DNA from: Patescibacteria group bacterium
GTDB lineage: Bacteria; Patescibacteriota; Patescibacteriia; Magasanikbacterales; GWA2-37-8
Reading direction: 5' to 3'
Assembly (NCBI GenBank): GCA_004321885.1
Contig: SCQK01000013.1
Coordinates: 111,929-175,928, forward strand
DNA: 64,000 nt
Shown: positions 53,248 to 63,170 of the stretch, piece by piece
Layout of the letters: each line of letters starts with the position of its first letter
How positions within the stretch are numbered: position 1 is the first letter of the stretch
Made by a program: the position numbers and the translations under genes
The notes under the pieces: model-generated
Told to the model about the DNA's origin: nothing
What the model saw: the letters and a program-made list of their open reading frames with translations, nothing else
Databases searched by the model: none

Positions 53248-54534
53248 TCACCTTGTCGCGCTGGTTACTATTAAAATGACCGCGGGAACAGTGGTGGCGG
53301 TAGCCGCAGTAGAGGTGGCGGTAATCATGATAGTGGAGGTGGGCAAAACGCCGGGCATGTCCTCTTTGACAACAACCATGGTGGGCAATACATTTTGCAC
53401 TGTCTTTAGGGTGTTGTCAAGCAACCGTTCCGCTTCCTTGTTCACGGTGCTCGCCTCTTTCATCAAGGTAATTGCTTGAGCCAGATTATCGTTGGAAAGC
53501 ATGACCACGGCTTTTGAGGCCGTGTCGCTGGCCGCGGTGGAAATCTGCCGGGTGATTTGAACGGCGCTTTCGGCTTGTTTCGCGACAACGTCAACCTGTT
53601 CGGACAAGGCCTGAGTGGATGTGCTTATCGGCGTAGCGGCGCTCATCTCTTTCACTTCGGTTTTTACCAAATCAACCGCTTTTTTCATCTCATCAACATT
53701 TTGCTTTGAAGCCGCGGCTTCACTCACGGTGGCTTGGAGCTGTTTGACAATAGTTTGCTTAACTTCGGCCGTTGACACGCTGTTATCGCCCTGCAAATGC
53801 TTTTCCACCATCACGGCCACGGCTTTCACGGCCGCGTCTTTAGTCAAGCTCTTGGCCTCGCTGACTTGCGCGGTAAGCTCGCCGCCGGCGGTGGTGCTGG
53901 GGGCAGAGAGCAGGTTGGCTTTTACCTCGGAAAGCACGCCCTTAATTTGCTCGGCATCTTGGGTGATGTTTTTGGCGGTTGAGGCGGCGCTGTCTGAACT
54001 TTTGATTTCTTCTAACTTGGCGCTCATTACGCTGATTTCATCTTTCAAATCGCTCACGGCTCCTTTGGCTTTTTCCATTTTTTGCGGGTCGCTGGTGGAA
54101 ACTAATTTTTTTGTTTCATTGGCGCGGCGCTTGGCAAATTCGGCGTGCAATTTGGTGGACGCGGTTTTTGTGCCCACGGCATCCACCACCGCGGCCCGGG
54201 TTTTTTCCGTGGCGCGCTTGGCCGAGTACAACAAATCGCCGGGCAGGGATTCATAAGACGCCTGCACGGTCGCTATCCAGCCGCCGGCCAACATGGCTAC
54301 AATCAAAATTAGCGCCGTGGCCGGCTTAAGCACGCTGTAAACAAAAGACTTGGGCAAAAATATGGAGAGGCCAAGCCAAAAATTTTCCAAAACAAATTTA
54401 TTTTTCTTGTCCGCGGAAACGGTATTTTTAATTTGAGAAAGCAGAAGCTCGCGATTGCTTTTGAGCCAATGTTGGCTGGGGTTCACATCGCCATGCCGCA
54501 AGGCTTTGAGTTGTGCGATGATTTCACGTCGCAT
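53248..54534 (-). CDS. anti-sigma-factor-like protein (cytoplasmic N-domain, one TM, long coiled-coil extracytoplasmic domain; DUF5667-like)
   Basis: Immediately downstream of the ECF sigma gene with 2-nt spacing. TM at about residue 90 (ATALILIVAMLAGGWIATV), followed by a long A/S/T/K/E-rich coiled region. Confidence 0.6.
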   Translation of the reverse strand: MRREIIAQLKALRHGDVNPSQHWLKSNRELLLSQIKNTVSADKKNKFVLENFWLGLSIFLPKSFVYSVLKPATALILIVAMLAGGWIATVQASYESLPGDLLYSAKRATEKTRAAVVDAVGTKTASTKLHAEFAKRRANETKKLVSTSDPQKMEKAKGAVSDLKDEISVMSAKLEEIKSSDSAASTAKNITQDAEQIKGVLSEVKANLLSAPSTTAGGELTAQVSEAKSLTKDAAVKAVAVMVEKHLQGDNSVSTAEVKQTIVKQLQATVSEAAASKQNVDEMKKAVDLVKTEVKEMSAATPISTSTQALSEQVDVVAKQAESAVQITRQISTAASDTASKAVVMLSNDNLAQAITLMKEASTVNKEAERLLDNTLKTVQNVLPTMVVVKEDMPGVLPTSTIMITATSTAATATTVPAVILIVTSATR

Positions 54535-54536
54535 AA

Positions 54537-55076
54537 TTATTCTTCTAAAAGCTCTTTTAATTTTTTTATGCCCCTATGCAGAGTAACGCGCACCGCTATC
54601 TTGCCCTTGCCCAAGATTTCGGCGATTTCGGCGATTTCCAATCCATCCACATAGCGCAGGGTGACGGCCTCGCGGTATTCTTGTTTTAATTGTTTCAGCC
54701 CCCCCACTATTCTTTCGGCTTCCATTTTTACGCCCAGCTGTTTTGTCCACGCGCCCTGGTCGCCCAATTCCATCTCGCCGATGGCTATGGCCCCGACCTG
54801 GCGATTTTTGGCGCGATACAAATCAATAATCGCGTTTCTGGCCAGTTTGTAGAGCAAGCCGCTGAAACTCTCTATTTTTTTTTGCTCTTTGGTATAATGC
54901 CAGGCTTTGAGAAAAACCTCGGAAGTGATGTCTTCGGCTTCTTCGTGGCCCGCTACTTTAAAAAATATAAACCGATAGATTCTTTTGGCGTACAAATCAT
55001 AAAGCCTGGCGAAAGCTTCCGGGTCGCGCTTGGTTTGCAGTTTGTAGAGCAGTACCTTTTCGTTTAGCTTTGGCAT
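54537..55076 (-). CDS. ECF-subfamily RNA polymerase sigma-70 factor
   Basis: Region 2 (FARLYDLYAKRIYRFIFFKV...AEDITSEVFLKAW) and region 4 HTH (VTLRYVDGLEIAEIAEILGKGKIAVRVTLHRGIKKLK). Confidence 0.85.
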   Translation of the reverse strand: MPKLNEKVLLYKLQTKRDPEAFARLYDLYAKRIYRFIFFKVAGHEEAEDITSEVFLKAWHYTKEQKKIESFSGLLYKLARNAIIDLYRAKNRQVGAIAIGEMELGDQGAWTKQLGVKMEAERIVGGLKQLKQEYREAVTLRYVDGLEIAEIAEILGKGKIAVRVTLHRGIKKLKELLEE

Positions 55077-55517
55077 TATAGTAGACGTTAAAAAGTGGAA
55101 GTTGTTACACTATTGTCATTCCGGTGTCATTCCTGGCTTGACCAGGAATCCACGGTAAAAACAGCGTGAATAAAAATTTACACCCAAAAAACAGGGCTAA
55201 ACCACTACACCTAAAAATTAGGTGCGGTGGTAAACCATACTGGGGTATAGTATAGCAGAAATATTAAAGATGGACAAGATAACTGCATAATGGGTCTGTC
55301 GCCGAATACCATTTCTACTGCAATTTCAGAATTATGGCCAAAATCGCCTCAAAATTTCAAGGGCTGAGACAAGTCAAAATTTATTTTGACTTGCGAAGCT
55401 CGCAGAAATTTGTAAGCTCGCTTCAAATTTTTGGCTCTTGCTGGCTCCATAGCGCTGCGCAGGCGGCTATTGCCGCCGCGCGGCCTGCGGAGCCAACTTT
55501 GTTAATTTTTCCAAAAA

Positions 55518-55624
55518 TTTGTATATACTACTCTATACAAATCGTCAAAATGGCTTCTTTTAACTAACATTAGCATAGAAATGGCACTTTTACGAAAAAA
55601 TTTGTATATACTACTCTATACAAA
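55518..55624. promoter_or_regulatory. two identical 24-bp palindromic boxes (TTTGTATATACTACTCTATACAAA) spaced 83 bp apart, upstream of the HTH gene
   Basis: Copies at 55518-55541 and 55601-55624, each preceded by an A5 tract and each an inverted repeat TTTGTATA-N8-TATACAAA. They sit in a 600-bp AT-rich intergenic region between divergent genes. Confidence 0.55.
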
Positions 55625-55646
55625 CGGTAGGTACGCAAAAAAAGTA

Positions 55647-55675
55647 TTGACTTTTCCGCCTAACTGTGGTATAAT
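55647..55675 (+). promoter_or_regulatory. sigma70-type promoter with an extended -10 (TTGACT-N17-TGgTATAAT); produces an essentially leaderless mRNA
   Basis: TTGACT at 55647-55652 and TATAAT at 55670-55675. The ATG at 55684 leaves no room for a Shine-Dalgarno sequence. Confidence 0.5.
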
Positions 55676-55683
55676 ACTTAATT

Positions 55684-56022
55684 ATGCTGACAGTCGCCAA
55701 ACAACCCAAAGAAATAATCCGTGTCTCGGTTTCCGAAGCAGCCAAGCTGTTTGGCGTGAACGCACAAACCATCAGGCGCGCCATTGCCAGACAGGAAGTT
55801 ACCTATGCCATAGTCGGCGGCCGATACAAAATCAATTTTGAAAGCCTGATAAGATGGTCGCAAACGCGCACCACCACCCGCAATAAATTAGCCAACAGCG
55901 GCATAGGCCAATACGTGGAAAAATGGAAAATCAAAAATCCCCTCTTCTCCCCCAATCCAAAACTCGTGGAATATAAACCAAAGGAAAATCCCAAACGTTC
56001 AGTGGATTCCCCTCCCCTTTAG
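55684..56022 (+). CDS. excisionase/MerR-family HTH DNA-binding protein
   Basis: VSEAAKLFGVNAQTIRRAIARQEVTYAIVGGRYKI is a helix-turn-helix. The C-terminus ends inside a CCCTCCCC..GGGGAGGG hairpin element. Confidence 0.6.
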   Translation: MLTVAKQPKEIIRVSVSEAAKLFGVNAQTIRRAIARQEVTYAIVGGRYKINFESLIRWSQTRTTTRNKLANSGIGQYVEKWKIKNPLFSPNPKLVEYKPKENPKRSVDSPPL

Positions 56023-56188
56023 AAGGGGAGGGCGAGGGAGGGGTATAAACAAAAAACGCCAGCGATAACTGGTGTTTTTTGTATATGACCCGAAGGAGCG
56101 AATGCTCAACCTCGGGTCTGCGGCTGGCCATGGCCGCGCTGTCCGCGCGTCCGAGAACTCGGGAGGCGGAACTTGATTGGATGGCCGG

Positions 56189-57475
56189 CTAGTACAAGTA
56201 CGTCTTTCCGTACATGGCTGATACGCCGATGACTGGGAAAAGCTCGGCATCGGCGACGCCATCAAACCACTTGTATTTTATCAAGTGGAGGGTCAGTTTC
56301 TCTATGGAGTTGGCGCTGTCCACGAAATCCGAATCCGTGGAGTTGACCACAAAATAAACCTGCTTGTCACCGCTCCAGTAGTTCATCGCGTTGATTGGAA
56401 TCTCCGCGATGCTGCTGCCGTGGGTGTCAAGGCCAGTGACCACTCCGAACCCCATCAGAGTCGCGGCGTTGAAAGCGCTGCCACTATAGACAGAGAGTGC
56501 TGTCTGGTTGTCTCCCTGTCCGATGGCGATCAAGCTACCGGAAAGCTTCACGGTAACTGATTTGAGAGTGGAATTCTGGCCGGAATTCGGTTCAGCGGTT
56601 GACTTGAACGTGAACACGCCGACCGCATCCTGCGATTTCGTGGTGTGCGCGATACTCCCGAAGTCGCTCTCGGTCGGTAAGACTTTCGTCTTCCTCACTA
56701 CCTGAAAAGCGAGCTTGGTGTTGTCCACGCTGATGTTGTCCGCGGCTCCGTACAACTTCACGTTGGAGCTCTCGCCCAGCGCGACAAACCCGTTGGTGAG
56801 AGTACTACCCGCGGCCCACTGCGAGGCGACCTTCTTCAGGCCGAGCTTCACACCATCACCGGACACGGCGCCATTCGCGATGGTGTTGAGGTAGGCGTTG
56901 ACAGTCAGGAGCTCGCTTTTCCCTTTGCCGATGTACATATCCAGCGCGCCGTCGGGAAAAATGAAGTCGCCGTTGCTGTCAGGGTAGCCCTCGCGCCACA
57001 CCGTCGTGCTCGCCTTGTTCTTGTAAACAAGAGCCACCTTCGCGACATCATGTTTGTGGGTCGTATGAACCACCGCGCCCACCAGGGTGATTGCCTCGTT
57101 CCTGGCGGTAATGCGATAAGTGGCAAACCCTACTGGCCAGGTTCCACTCACGGCGACGTCGGCGAGCGGCGTGACGTTGTCAACCCCCACGCTGATCGGG
57201 CCGGGCGAAACTCCCTTGTCCGGCTCTGCTATGTGCCGTTCGTCGCGAGGAACAGCATCCGCCGTTGGCAAATCCGTTCTCAACGCGTCGGCCGATAGCA
57301 TATCCGACCGCGCTGGCCCGAGGTCGGGCGCGGGCATGGCGTCGGCGGTAGTGGTTACCGAACGGTGGTCGCAGGCGGAGACGAACAAGCAGAACATCGC
57401 AAACATGATGGCGCTACGCATTATCGTGTCCTTTCGTGAAAAGAGCATCGTTGTTTGGGGAAAATCCCCCTCCAA
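56189..57475 (-). CDS. surface lipoprotein paralogous to the C-terminal third of the giant 49376..53140 protein
   Basis: Likely start at MRSAIMFAMFCLFVSAC (lipobox-like VSAC, about 57421). About 50% identity to the giant protein over ~330 aa. Shared C-terminal motif YGKTYLY. Relatively GC-rich. Confidence 0.65.
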   Translation of the reverse strand: MEGDFPQTTMLFSRKDTIMRSAIMFAMFCLFVSACDHRSVTTTADAMPAPDLGPARSDMLSADALRTDLPTADAVPRDERHIAEPDKGVSPGPISVGVDNVTPLADVAVSGTWPVGFATYRITARNEAITLVGAVVHTTHKHDVAKVALVYKNKASTTVWREGYPDSNGDFIFPDGALDMYIGKGKSELLTVNAYLNTIANGAVSGDGVKLGLKKVASQWAAGSTLTNGFVALGESSNVKLYGAADNISVDNTKLAFQVVRKTKVLPTESDFGSIAHTTKSQDAVGVFTFKSTAEPNSGQNSTLKSVTVKLSGSLIAIGQGDNQTALSVYSGSAFNAATLMGFGVVTGLDTHGSSIAEIPINAMNYWSGDKQVYFVVNSTDSDFVDSANSIEKLTLHLIKYKWFDGVADAELFPVIGVSAMYGKTYLY

Positions 57476-57614
57476 ATCCCCTCTTTGATTCTAACCCAAA
57501 ACGTCTTTATGTAACACAAAAAAACCCTCTTGTCAAGGGTCTTTTCGCTAATTTTCGCTTACATTGTACTAAACCCCTCCCTTTATCCCTCCCCTTATAG
57601 GGGAGGGCTTTTCC

Positions 57615-59666
57615 TTACCTCACCATCACTCCGGTCGCGTCGCCTTCCATCATCGGCATGGGATAATATATCGGGTCGCGGGTGCCGTAGATTACTTCCG
57701 AGAGCTGGCTCAAATCTGACAATTTATGCGCGGTCATTTCATAGTCGGAGAGCGCGTACAAATTATCGCCGATGTAAAGCGAGCGCTTGATGGCCGCCGA
57801 GCCGTAATAATTCACGTATTCTTTTTGCGGCGCTGGCGCGATATGGGTAACCGGGCCCTTAAACTGGAAACCGTTTTCCAAATCCACCTTGTACACGAAC
57901 AGCCCCTGAAAATTCACCGTGCCATAGGCCCACGGGTTGTTCGCCATATCGGCCTTTTGCTCGGGCGAAAGCTGGGCCAGGGTCACAGGAAAGGCGAGCA
58001 AATTTTTGTCTTTTGAAAACAGAAACGCGTGATGGTCTGTCAGCGCGGCCGAATCCGTGCCCCTGTCCCCTATCTCGGTCTTAAACATTTCTTTCGGGTT
58101 ATTAGGATCAGTCACGTCAAACAATCCCAGCTTCAGGCCTTGATACCAAGCAAATCCAGGCGAGTCGGTGTTGGAAACCGCGTTTTTGCCAATGCCGATG
58201 AGATGCGTGTCATCATACGGATGCAGATAAGTGGAATAGCCCGGAATTTTCAGCTCGCCCAATAATTTCGGATTGCGCGCGTCGGCCAGGTCAAACACAA
58301 ACAGCGGGTCGGTTTCCTGAAAAGTCACCACATAAGCGCGCTTGCCCATAAACCGCGCCGAGTAAATTTTTTCGCCCTCACCAAAACTGGCGTACGAGCC
58401 GACGCGGTTCAAATCCTTGTCCAGCACATACAGGCTGTTTTTCTTGCCATACACGCCCTCTTCGCCCCAGTACCCGTTTAGAGTGGTAACCAAACGCAAA
58501 TTGCCCTCAAACTCATCCATGGAAAATTGATTGAGAATCGTGCCGGGCACGTTTTGCGAAGCCGCCAGCTCCACGGATTTTTTATCCAGTTTAAATTTCT
58601 GTATTTCGGTCTGCTCTTTTTTTGGGGCAAACCAGTTGTAGTCAGAATTCACGCCGGCCACGTATAAATTTTGCGCGCTGGCGTAAACCTTGTCCCCGGC
58701 TCCCAAAATAATTTTCTCGCCCGGGTCGGACATCGGGCGCTTCATATCCAAAGACACGATTTGCAAATAGTCGGCGCGGCGGATGGGATAAATATACTCC
58801 ACGCTGGCGCAAGACGCCATTTGCTTAAAAGCAACCGCGCTCGGCTCGTCGGCTTTGGCGCCGCGCCTGTCGCGTTCAACCGGCATCAAATCCACGGCGC
58901 GCCGGCTGATGGCCGCTGACAAGCCCGCTTTAACTCCTGACGCGGCCGCGTCCGAGGCGGCCATCGGCAAAATGTGATACTGCGGCTGGCTGTTGATTAC
59001 CAAATACGCGTAGCCGTTTGTCATTCGCGAAGTGAGCAAATTTCCGCTGTACTCCAAATTGCGCTTGAGCGCCGGTTTTTCCTTGTTGGAAATATCCCAA
59101 ATTTGCGCTGACACGTAATTGTTGTAATAAGGATAGGGATAAATCTGGGGCCTGGCCATCATTTTAGCCGCGTCTTTCATTATGGAATAACCATGGGCGC
59201 TACCCAAGACCAGCAGATAATCGCCTTCAATGTAAATTTCCGCGGCGCTGTTTAGGCCCTCCAATTTGGTTTTGGAAAGGAGCTTGGCGGAATCCGCGGG
59301 CACAGCCGAAGAAATAATCAGATTGCCCTGGGACAAATTGTAAATATATTTGCCGTCGGTTTTCACGATGTCGCCCTCGTCCACGCCCTCCACTTGCACG
59401 TTTGTTTTAGAAAAATTAGAGTCCGAGGCCGGAGCAGATGCCATCGGCGCCATTTCCATGCCCAAAGCGCGCATGCCGATGCCATAGCCCATATTGCCCA
59501 ATGGCAGTTTGGAAATCTTCGCGCGCAAATCAGCGCAGGAAACAAACCGACGCACGGCGCGGGCGCGCAGTTTAGCGGATTTTTTCGGCGCGGCCAAAGC
59601 CGGCGCTATTACCAGCGCTATGGCGAAAACCGCGAAAAGCGCCCCGTATAAAATTTTCTTGGTCAT
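57615..59666 (-). CDS. secreted beta-propeller-domain protein (Beta_propel/PF09826-like)
   Basis: Signal peptide plus a 680-aa body with repeated blade-like segments, and a YQGLKLGLFDVTDPNNPK motif typical of this family. Confidence 0.5.
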   Translation of the reverse strand: MTKKILYGALFAVFAIALVIAPALAAPKKSAKLRARAVRRFVSCADLRAKISKLPLGNMGYGIGMRALGMEMAPMASAPASDSNFSKTNVQVEGVDEGDIVKTDGKYIYNLSQGNLIISSAVPADSAKLLSKTKLEGLNSAAEIYIEGDYLLVLGSAHGYSIMKDAAKMMARPQIYPYPYYNNYVSAQIWDISNKEKPALKRNLEYSGNLLTSRMTNGYAYLVINSQPQYHILPMAASDAAASGVKAGLSAAISRRAVDLMPVERDRRGAKADEPSAVAFKQMASCASVEYIYPIRRADYLQIVSLDMKRPMSDPGEKIILGAGDKVYASAQNLYVAGVNSDYNWFAPKKEQTEIQKFKLDKKSVELAASQNVPGTILNQFSMDEFEGNLRLVTTLNGYWGEEGVYGKKNSLYVLDKDLNRVGSYASFGEGEKIYSARFMGKRAYVVTFQETDPLFVFDLADARNPKLLGELKIPGYSTYLHPYDDTHLIGIGKNAVSNTDSPGFAWYQGLKLGLFDVTDPNNPKEMFKTEIGDRGTDSAALTDHHAFLFSKDKNLLAFPVTLAQLSPEQKADMANNPWAYGTVNFQGLFVYKVDLENGFQFKGPVTHIAPAPQKEYVNYYGSAAIKRSLYIGDNLYALSDYEMTAHKLSDLSQLSEVIYGTRDPIYYPMPMMEGDATGVMVR

Positions 59667-59782
59667 ACTTAAAAATTACTTTTTAACCCCCTCCTCTGTC
59701 CTCCCCCTTACAGGGGGAGGTATATAGATAGTTATACGAAGCAAACTTAGCTTTTGTAACAGCTTCGGTACAGACCCAGACC

Positions 59783-60964
59783 CTAATTCGCCAGTTTCAT
59801 GATGCTCAAAATGGCGGCCAGGGCAAAGGCCGCGAAAACAGGCACTGCCAGAAGCCAAAAATGATGAAGATTATAGCGGCTGGCCGGCAAATCGCCCGCG
59901 GAACGCGCGCGCCAGCACACCAGCACGGTAAGCATGGCGGTAATGCCGATAAAAACCCCGCCCACCACGTCCAGCACCGCCACAAAACTGCGCAGGCCCA
60001 GCATAAACAAAAACAGCGGGAAAAATATCACGAGCAGTTCGGACAAGTGCCGGTTCAATTTGAAATCCCAAATAAACAGTTGTTTCAAGGCCACGCCCTG
60101 GCCGAAAAAAGCCGTGCCCATGGCCAAAATCGCGAACAGGTTGCCGACAAACAGCGCCCCGCGCCCCATTTGCCCCAGCCCCACTGTGGCCACCTCGGTC
60201 GCGCCGGCGCCCATGACCCCAGCCACTGCCAAAGCAAACAACGCGTAAACAGCCACCGGTATCAGGCTGCCGATGACGATGGCCTTTCTAAAATGACGCT
60301 CACTGCCCGGCAAAAGCGCGTGCGCCTCCACCACGGCCGGCCCGGCGTGCAAAGCAAATAAAATCACGCCATAAGGCAAAAACAAATTCGCGATATTGAT
60401 ATACTGCCAATTGGCTACCTGAAATTTTGGCAAAAGAAAAAAAGACAAGCCGGCAATCAGACAAATGACAATGAAACTCAAAACTTTTTCCGCTTTTTTG
60501 GCGGCGCGTAAACCGCGCCAGACAATATAACTGCCGATGCCCCAAAACAGCACGCCCCACCAGACCGGATTGCCGCCGAAAAGAGCCGAGAGCGCCTCGC
60601 CTTCGCCGATAATATAGGCGAGTAAAACCCCGAACGCGGAAAAAATCATCATAAACGAGGTGAGCAGTTTGGCGCCCGGACCCAGATATTTGCCGGCAAA
60701 CCCGGGCAGGTGCATGGGCTCGCGCGTGCGCACCGCGATTTCGCCGAGCATCAAATTCAAGCACATCATCACCGCGCCCAAAATTAAAATATACGCCAGC
60801 CCGATTTTTAATCCGACTTGCGCCACGACATACGGAATGCCCAAAATGCCGGCGCCGATAGTCATGCCGGTGAGCATAAACACGGCCTCGGACACGGAAG
60901 CGACGGGCTTGTAAACGCCCTGATGCAGGATAACTGCCCTGTTATTTTTTAAACCTAAAATCAT
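59783..60964 (-). CDS. amino-acid permease (HAAAP/Trp-Tyr permease-like family)
   Basis: 11 TM helices. N-terminal GMTIGAGILGIPYV is a signature of aromatic amino-acid/HAAAP permeases. Confidence 0.6.
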   Translation of the reverse strand: MILGLKNNRAVILHQGVYKPVASVSEAVFMLTGMTIGAGILGIPYVVAQVGLKIGLAYILILGAVMMCLNLMLGEIAVRTREPMHLPGFAGKYLGPGAKLLTSFMMIFSAFGVLLAYIIGEGEALSALFGGNPVWWGVLFWGIGSYIVWRGLRAAKKAEKVLSFIVICLIAGLSFFLLPKFQVANWQYINIANLFLPYGVILFALHAGPAVVEAHALLPGSERHFRKAIVIGSLIPVAVYALFALAVAGVMGAGATEVATVGLGQMGRGALFVGNLFAILAMGTAFFGQGVALKQLFIWDFKLNRHLSELLVIFFPLFLFMLGLRSFVAVLDVVGGVFIGITAMLTVLVCWRARSAGDLPASRYNLHHFWLLAVPVFAAFALAAILSIMKLAN

Positions 60965-61019
60965 ATCGTTTATCGCCTATCGCTTGATCATCTACCTTGA
61001 AAAAGCGATAGGCGATACT

Positions 61020-62009
61020 CTATTCTTTCCGTACAGTCAATATGTAGTCAACTATCTCGCGGTGTCCTTTCGACGCCAGCCAATACCACCATTCCCCTCC
61101 CCATAAATACGCGCGGGGCATGCCGGTGCGCTCGGCATAACGCAAATTTTTTTCCAGCTGTTTCAGGCTCATGGAGCGCGCCTGGATTTGGAGAGGGGTA
61201 TCGTACACGGATTTGTCCGGCATCCAGGGCTCGCCCTGCAACTCCACGATATACGACTGTTCAAGCGCGCGGCCGTTCAGCCACAGTTTCGCCTTATAGA
61301 CAAAAGGCGAGAGCCAAAAATATTTGAAATAGCCGATAAGCGGATTCCAAACCACGCGATACATGGTGGTGCCGAACAAATCGCCGGCCCTGGCCGTCTT
61401 TGTCCAAAAGCTCAACTCGCCGCTGTCGGTAACCATTATTGGATGGCTGTTGTCGGCGCGCCGCACCGTGTTGATTTCATCTTGCAAATCCACTTTGGAA
61501 ATGGGCCGGCACAACCCAAAGGCCAAAAACGGCTCGTTTTCCACCTGCCATACTTCCAAAGCCGGGTGATTTTTGTACCGGTTGACCGCCACGGACATAT
61601 AATTCAAAAGCTGACGCTTGTAATTTTCGTACGGCCGGTCCTTGGCCCACTCGGGCAAATGGCACTCGGGCCAGCGCGGAGTTTTGCGGCCCAGGGCGAC
61701 CAAAACCTTGGCGCCGCGCAGCGCGGCTTCGTCCATCTGCCAATCCAGCTCGCTGAAATCATACTCGCCTTCTATTTTTTCTATCCGGTCCCATTGCGCG
61801 GTCAGACGGATGTATTTGAACCTCCATTCGTCCAACATGGTTTTCAAAATTAGTTTGGGTTCAAAGCCCAAATAAGAGGCGTACTCGGGATTAAAGCTGA
61901 CTCCGTAAATCATATCTTTGCTTTTACTAAAAAAAGAATAAATGTAAGCGCCTAAAGTTAGTGCCGCGATAATAATAATGGAAATTAAAATTTTTTTCAT
62001 GTGTGTCAT
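61020..62009 (-). CDS. membrane-anchored clan GH-A glycoside hydrolase (GH5-like)
   Basis: WQVENEP carries the NEP acid/base motif and IVELQGEPW a candidate nucleophile. N-terminal TM anchor. Confidence 0.5.
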   Translation of the reverse strand: MTHMKKILISIIIIAALTLGAYIYSFFSKSKDMIYGVSFNPEYASYLGFEPKLILKTMLDEWRFKYIRLTAQWDRIEKIEGEYDFSELDWQMDEAALRGAKVLVALGRKTPRWPECHLPEWAKDRPYENYKRQLLNYMSVAVNRYKNHPALEVWQVENEPFLAFGLCRPISKVDLQDEINTVRRADNSHPIMVTDSGELSFWTKTARAGDLFGTTMYRVVWNPLIGYFKYFWLSPFVYKAKLWLNGRALEQSYIVELQGEPWMPDKSVYDTPLQIQARSMSLKQLEKNLRYAERTGMPRAYLWGGEWWYWLASKGHREIVDYILTVRKE

Positions 62010-62054
62010 TCCAGCCCGCCTTTAGTCCCAGCGAAAGCTGGGATGGAATCTAAT

Positions 62055-62978
62055 TCAAATAATAATGGCCAACCCGGCCGCTATCAATATCACAGCCAGC
62101 GCCTCCATTATTGCCTCTTTTTTACCGTATTCCTCTTTAAACCAGCGCGGCGCGAATTTGGAAAGCAAGGCTACGGCTATAATCAACAGGGCGAACTGCA
62201 AGCCGGCCAGGGCGTTTACCAACGTCACGCTGCCGATGGCGATGGCGTATTGAATTAAAAGCCCGCCAATCACCCCCAATGTTTTATTCGTGAAAATCAA
62301 AACAACGCGGTGGTTTCTCTCCCCCTTTATAAGGGGGAGATTATGAGGGGGTAAATCAAATTTTTTCTTGAACAAATCCGCGCGCACCGACGGCAAAAAC
62401 AGTAGCGGCAAAGCAAATAACCCCAAGGCCCCGCGCGTCCACACCAGACCGCTGTAAAACCCATAACCCTCGTACAGGTATTTTGCGGCCACGTGCGAAA
62501 CCGCGAACAGCAGGCCGGCCAAAACCCCCCAAGCCATGCCGCCGTGCCAGCCATCATGGTTATTGCTTTTTTCAATGGAAATGACAAGCGAGCCGGCGAT
62601 GAGTATAATAATCGCGCCCAGATTGCGCGTGGACAGGGCCTCCGAAAGAAAAGTTTGGCTTAAAATCAAAACAAAAAAAGCCGTGGCCGCGCCAACCAGC
62701 GGCCCGCTGTGGCTGACCTCGCTATCTTTGAAGCCGATATACATGGCCCACAAGCCAAAAGCAAAAGCCAAACCGGAAACTACCGCGACCAGCCAGTCGC
62801 CAAATCCCCGCAACAAATGAACGCCAAAAGGCGACAAAAGCAAAATAGGCAAAACAAACACACAGGAATAAAAAACAAAAACCGCCGGGCGGGGCACTGA
62901 TTTGTTGAGAATGAATTTATCCAAAATAGTGGTCGCGGCCAAAAGCGCGTAAGCGATGGCGGCGATAGTGATGGACAT
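62055..62978 (-). CDS. EamA/DMT-superfamily transporter with an in-frame hairpin-element insertion
   Basis: 10 TM helices as two 5-TM repeats. The loop sequence KFDLPPHNLPLIKGERNH is encoded by the element at 62318-62352 (tctccccctttataagggggaga). Confidence 0.65.
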   Translation of the reverse strand: MSITIAAIAYALLAATTILDKFILNKSVPRPAVFVFYSCVFVLPILLLSPFGVHLLRGFGDWLVAVVSGLAFAFGLWAMYIGFKDSEVSHSGPLVGAATAFFVLILSQTFLSEALSTRNLGAIIILIAGSLVISIEKSNNHDGWHGGMAWGVLAGLLFAVSHVAAKYLYEGYGFYSGLVWTRGALGLFALPLLFLPSVRADLFKKKFDLPPHNLPLIKGERNHRVVLIFTNKTLGVIGGLLIQYAIAIGSVTLVNALAGLQFALLIIAVALLSKFAPRWFKEEYGKKEAIMEALAVILIAAGLAIII

Positions 62979-63170
62979 ATTCCAATTTCGTCTCCCCCTT
63001 TATAAGGGGGAGATTAAGAGGGGGTAAACATAGTATAACATTTTTTTCGGACAAAAAAAAGACGCCCGGACGACTTTGCGCGCGAACACGCTTTGTCGTC
63101 CGGGGTCAGGGGCTGTCTTTGGGCCGTAGCGCTAATTTTAGGTCAGCGCATCATTGGCCACCGGGGTGGG

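Noticed and set aside
55334-55567. 77-aa plus-strand ORF in the sigma/HTH intergenic region
   Set aside because: It has a low-complexity, A-rich translation spanning the repeated boxes, with no RBS. It more likely belongs to the regulatory DNA.
49376-57475. Diversity-generating retroelement between the two paralogous surface proteins
   Set aside because: There is no reverse transcriptase gene. The paralogues share only about 65% DNA identity spread evenly rather than a near-identical template and variable-repeat pair. There is no adenine-specific mismatch pattern.
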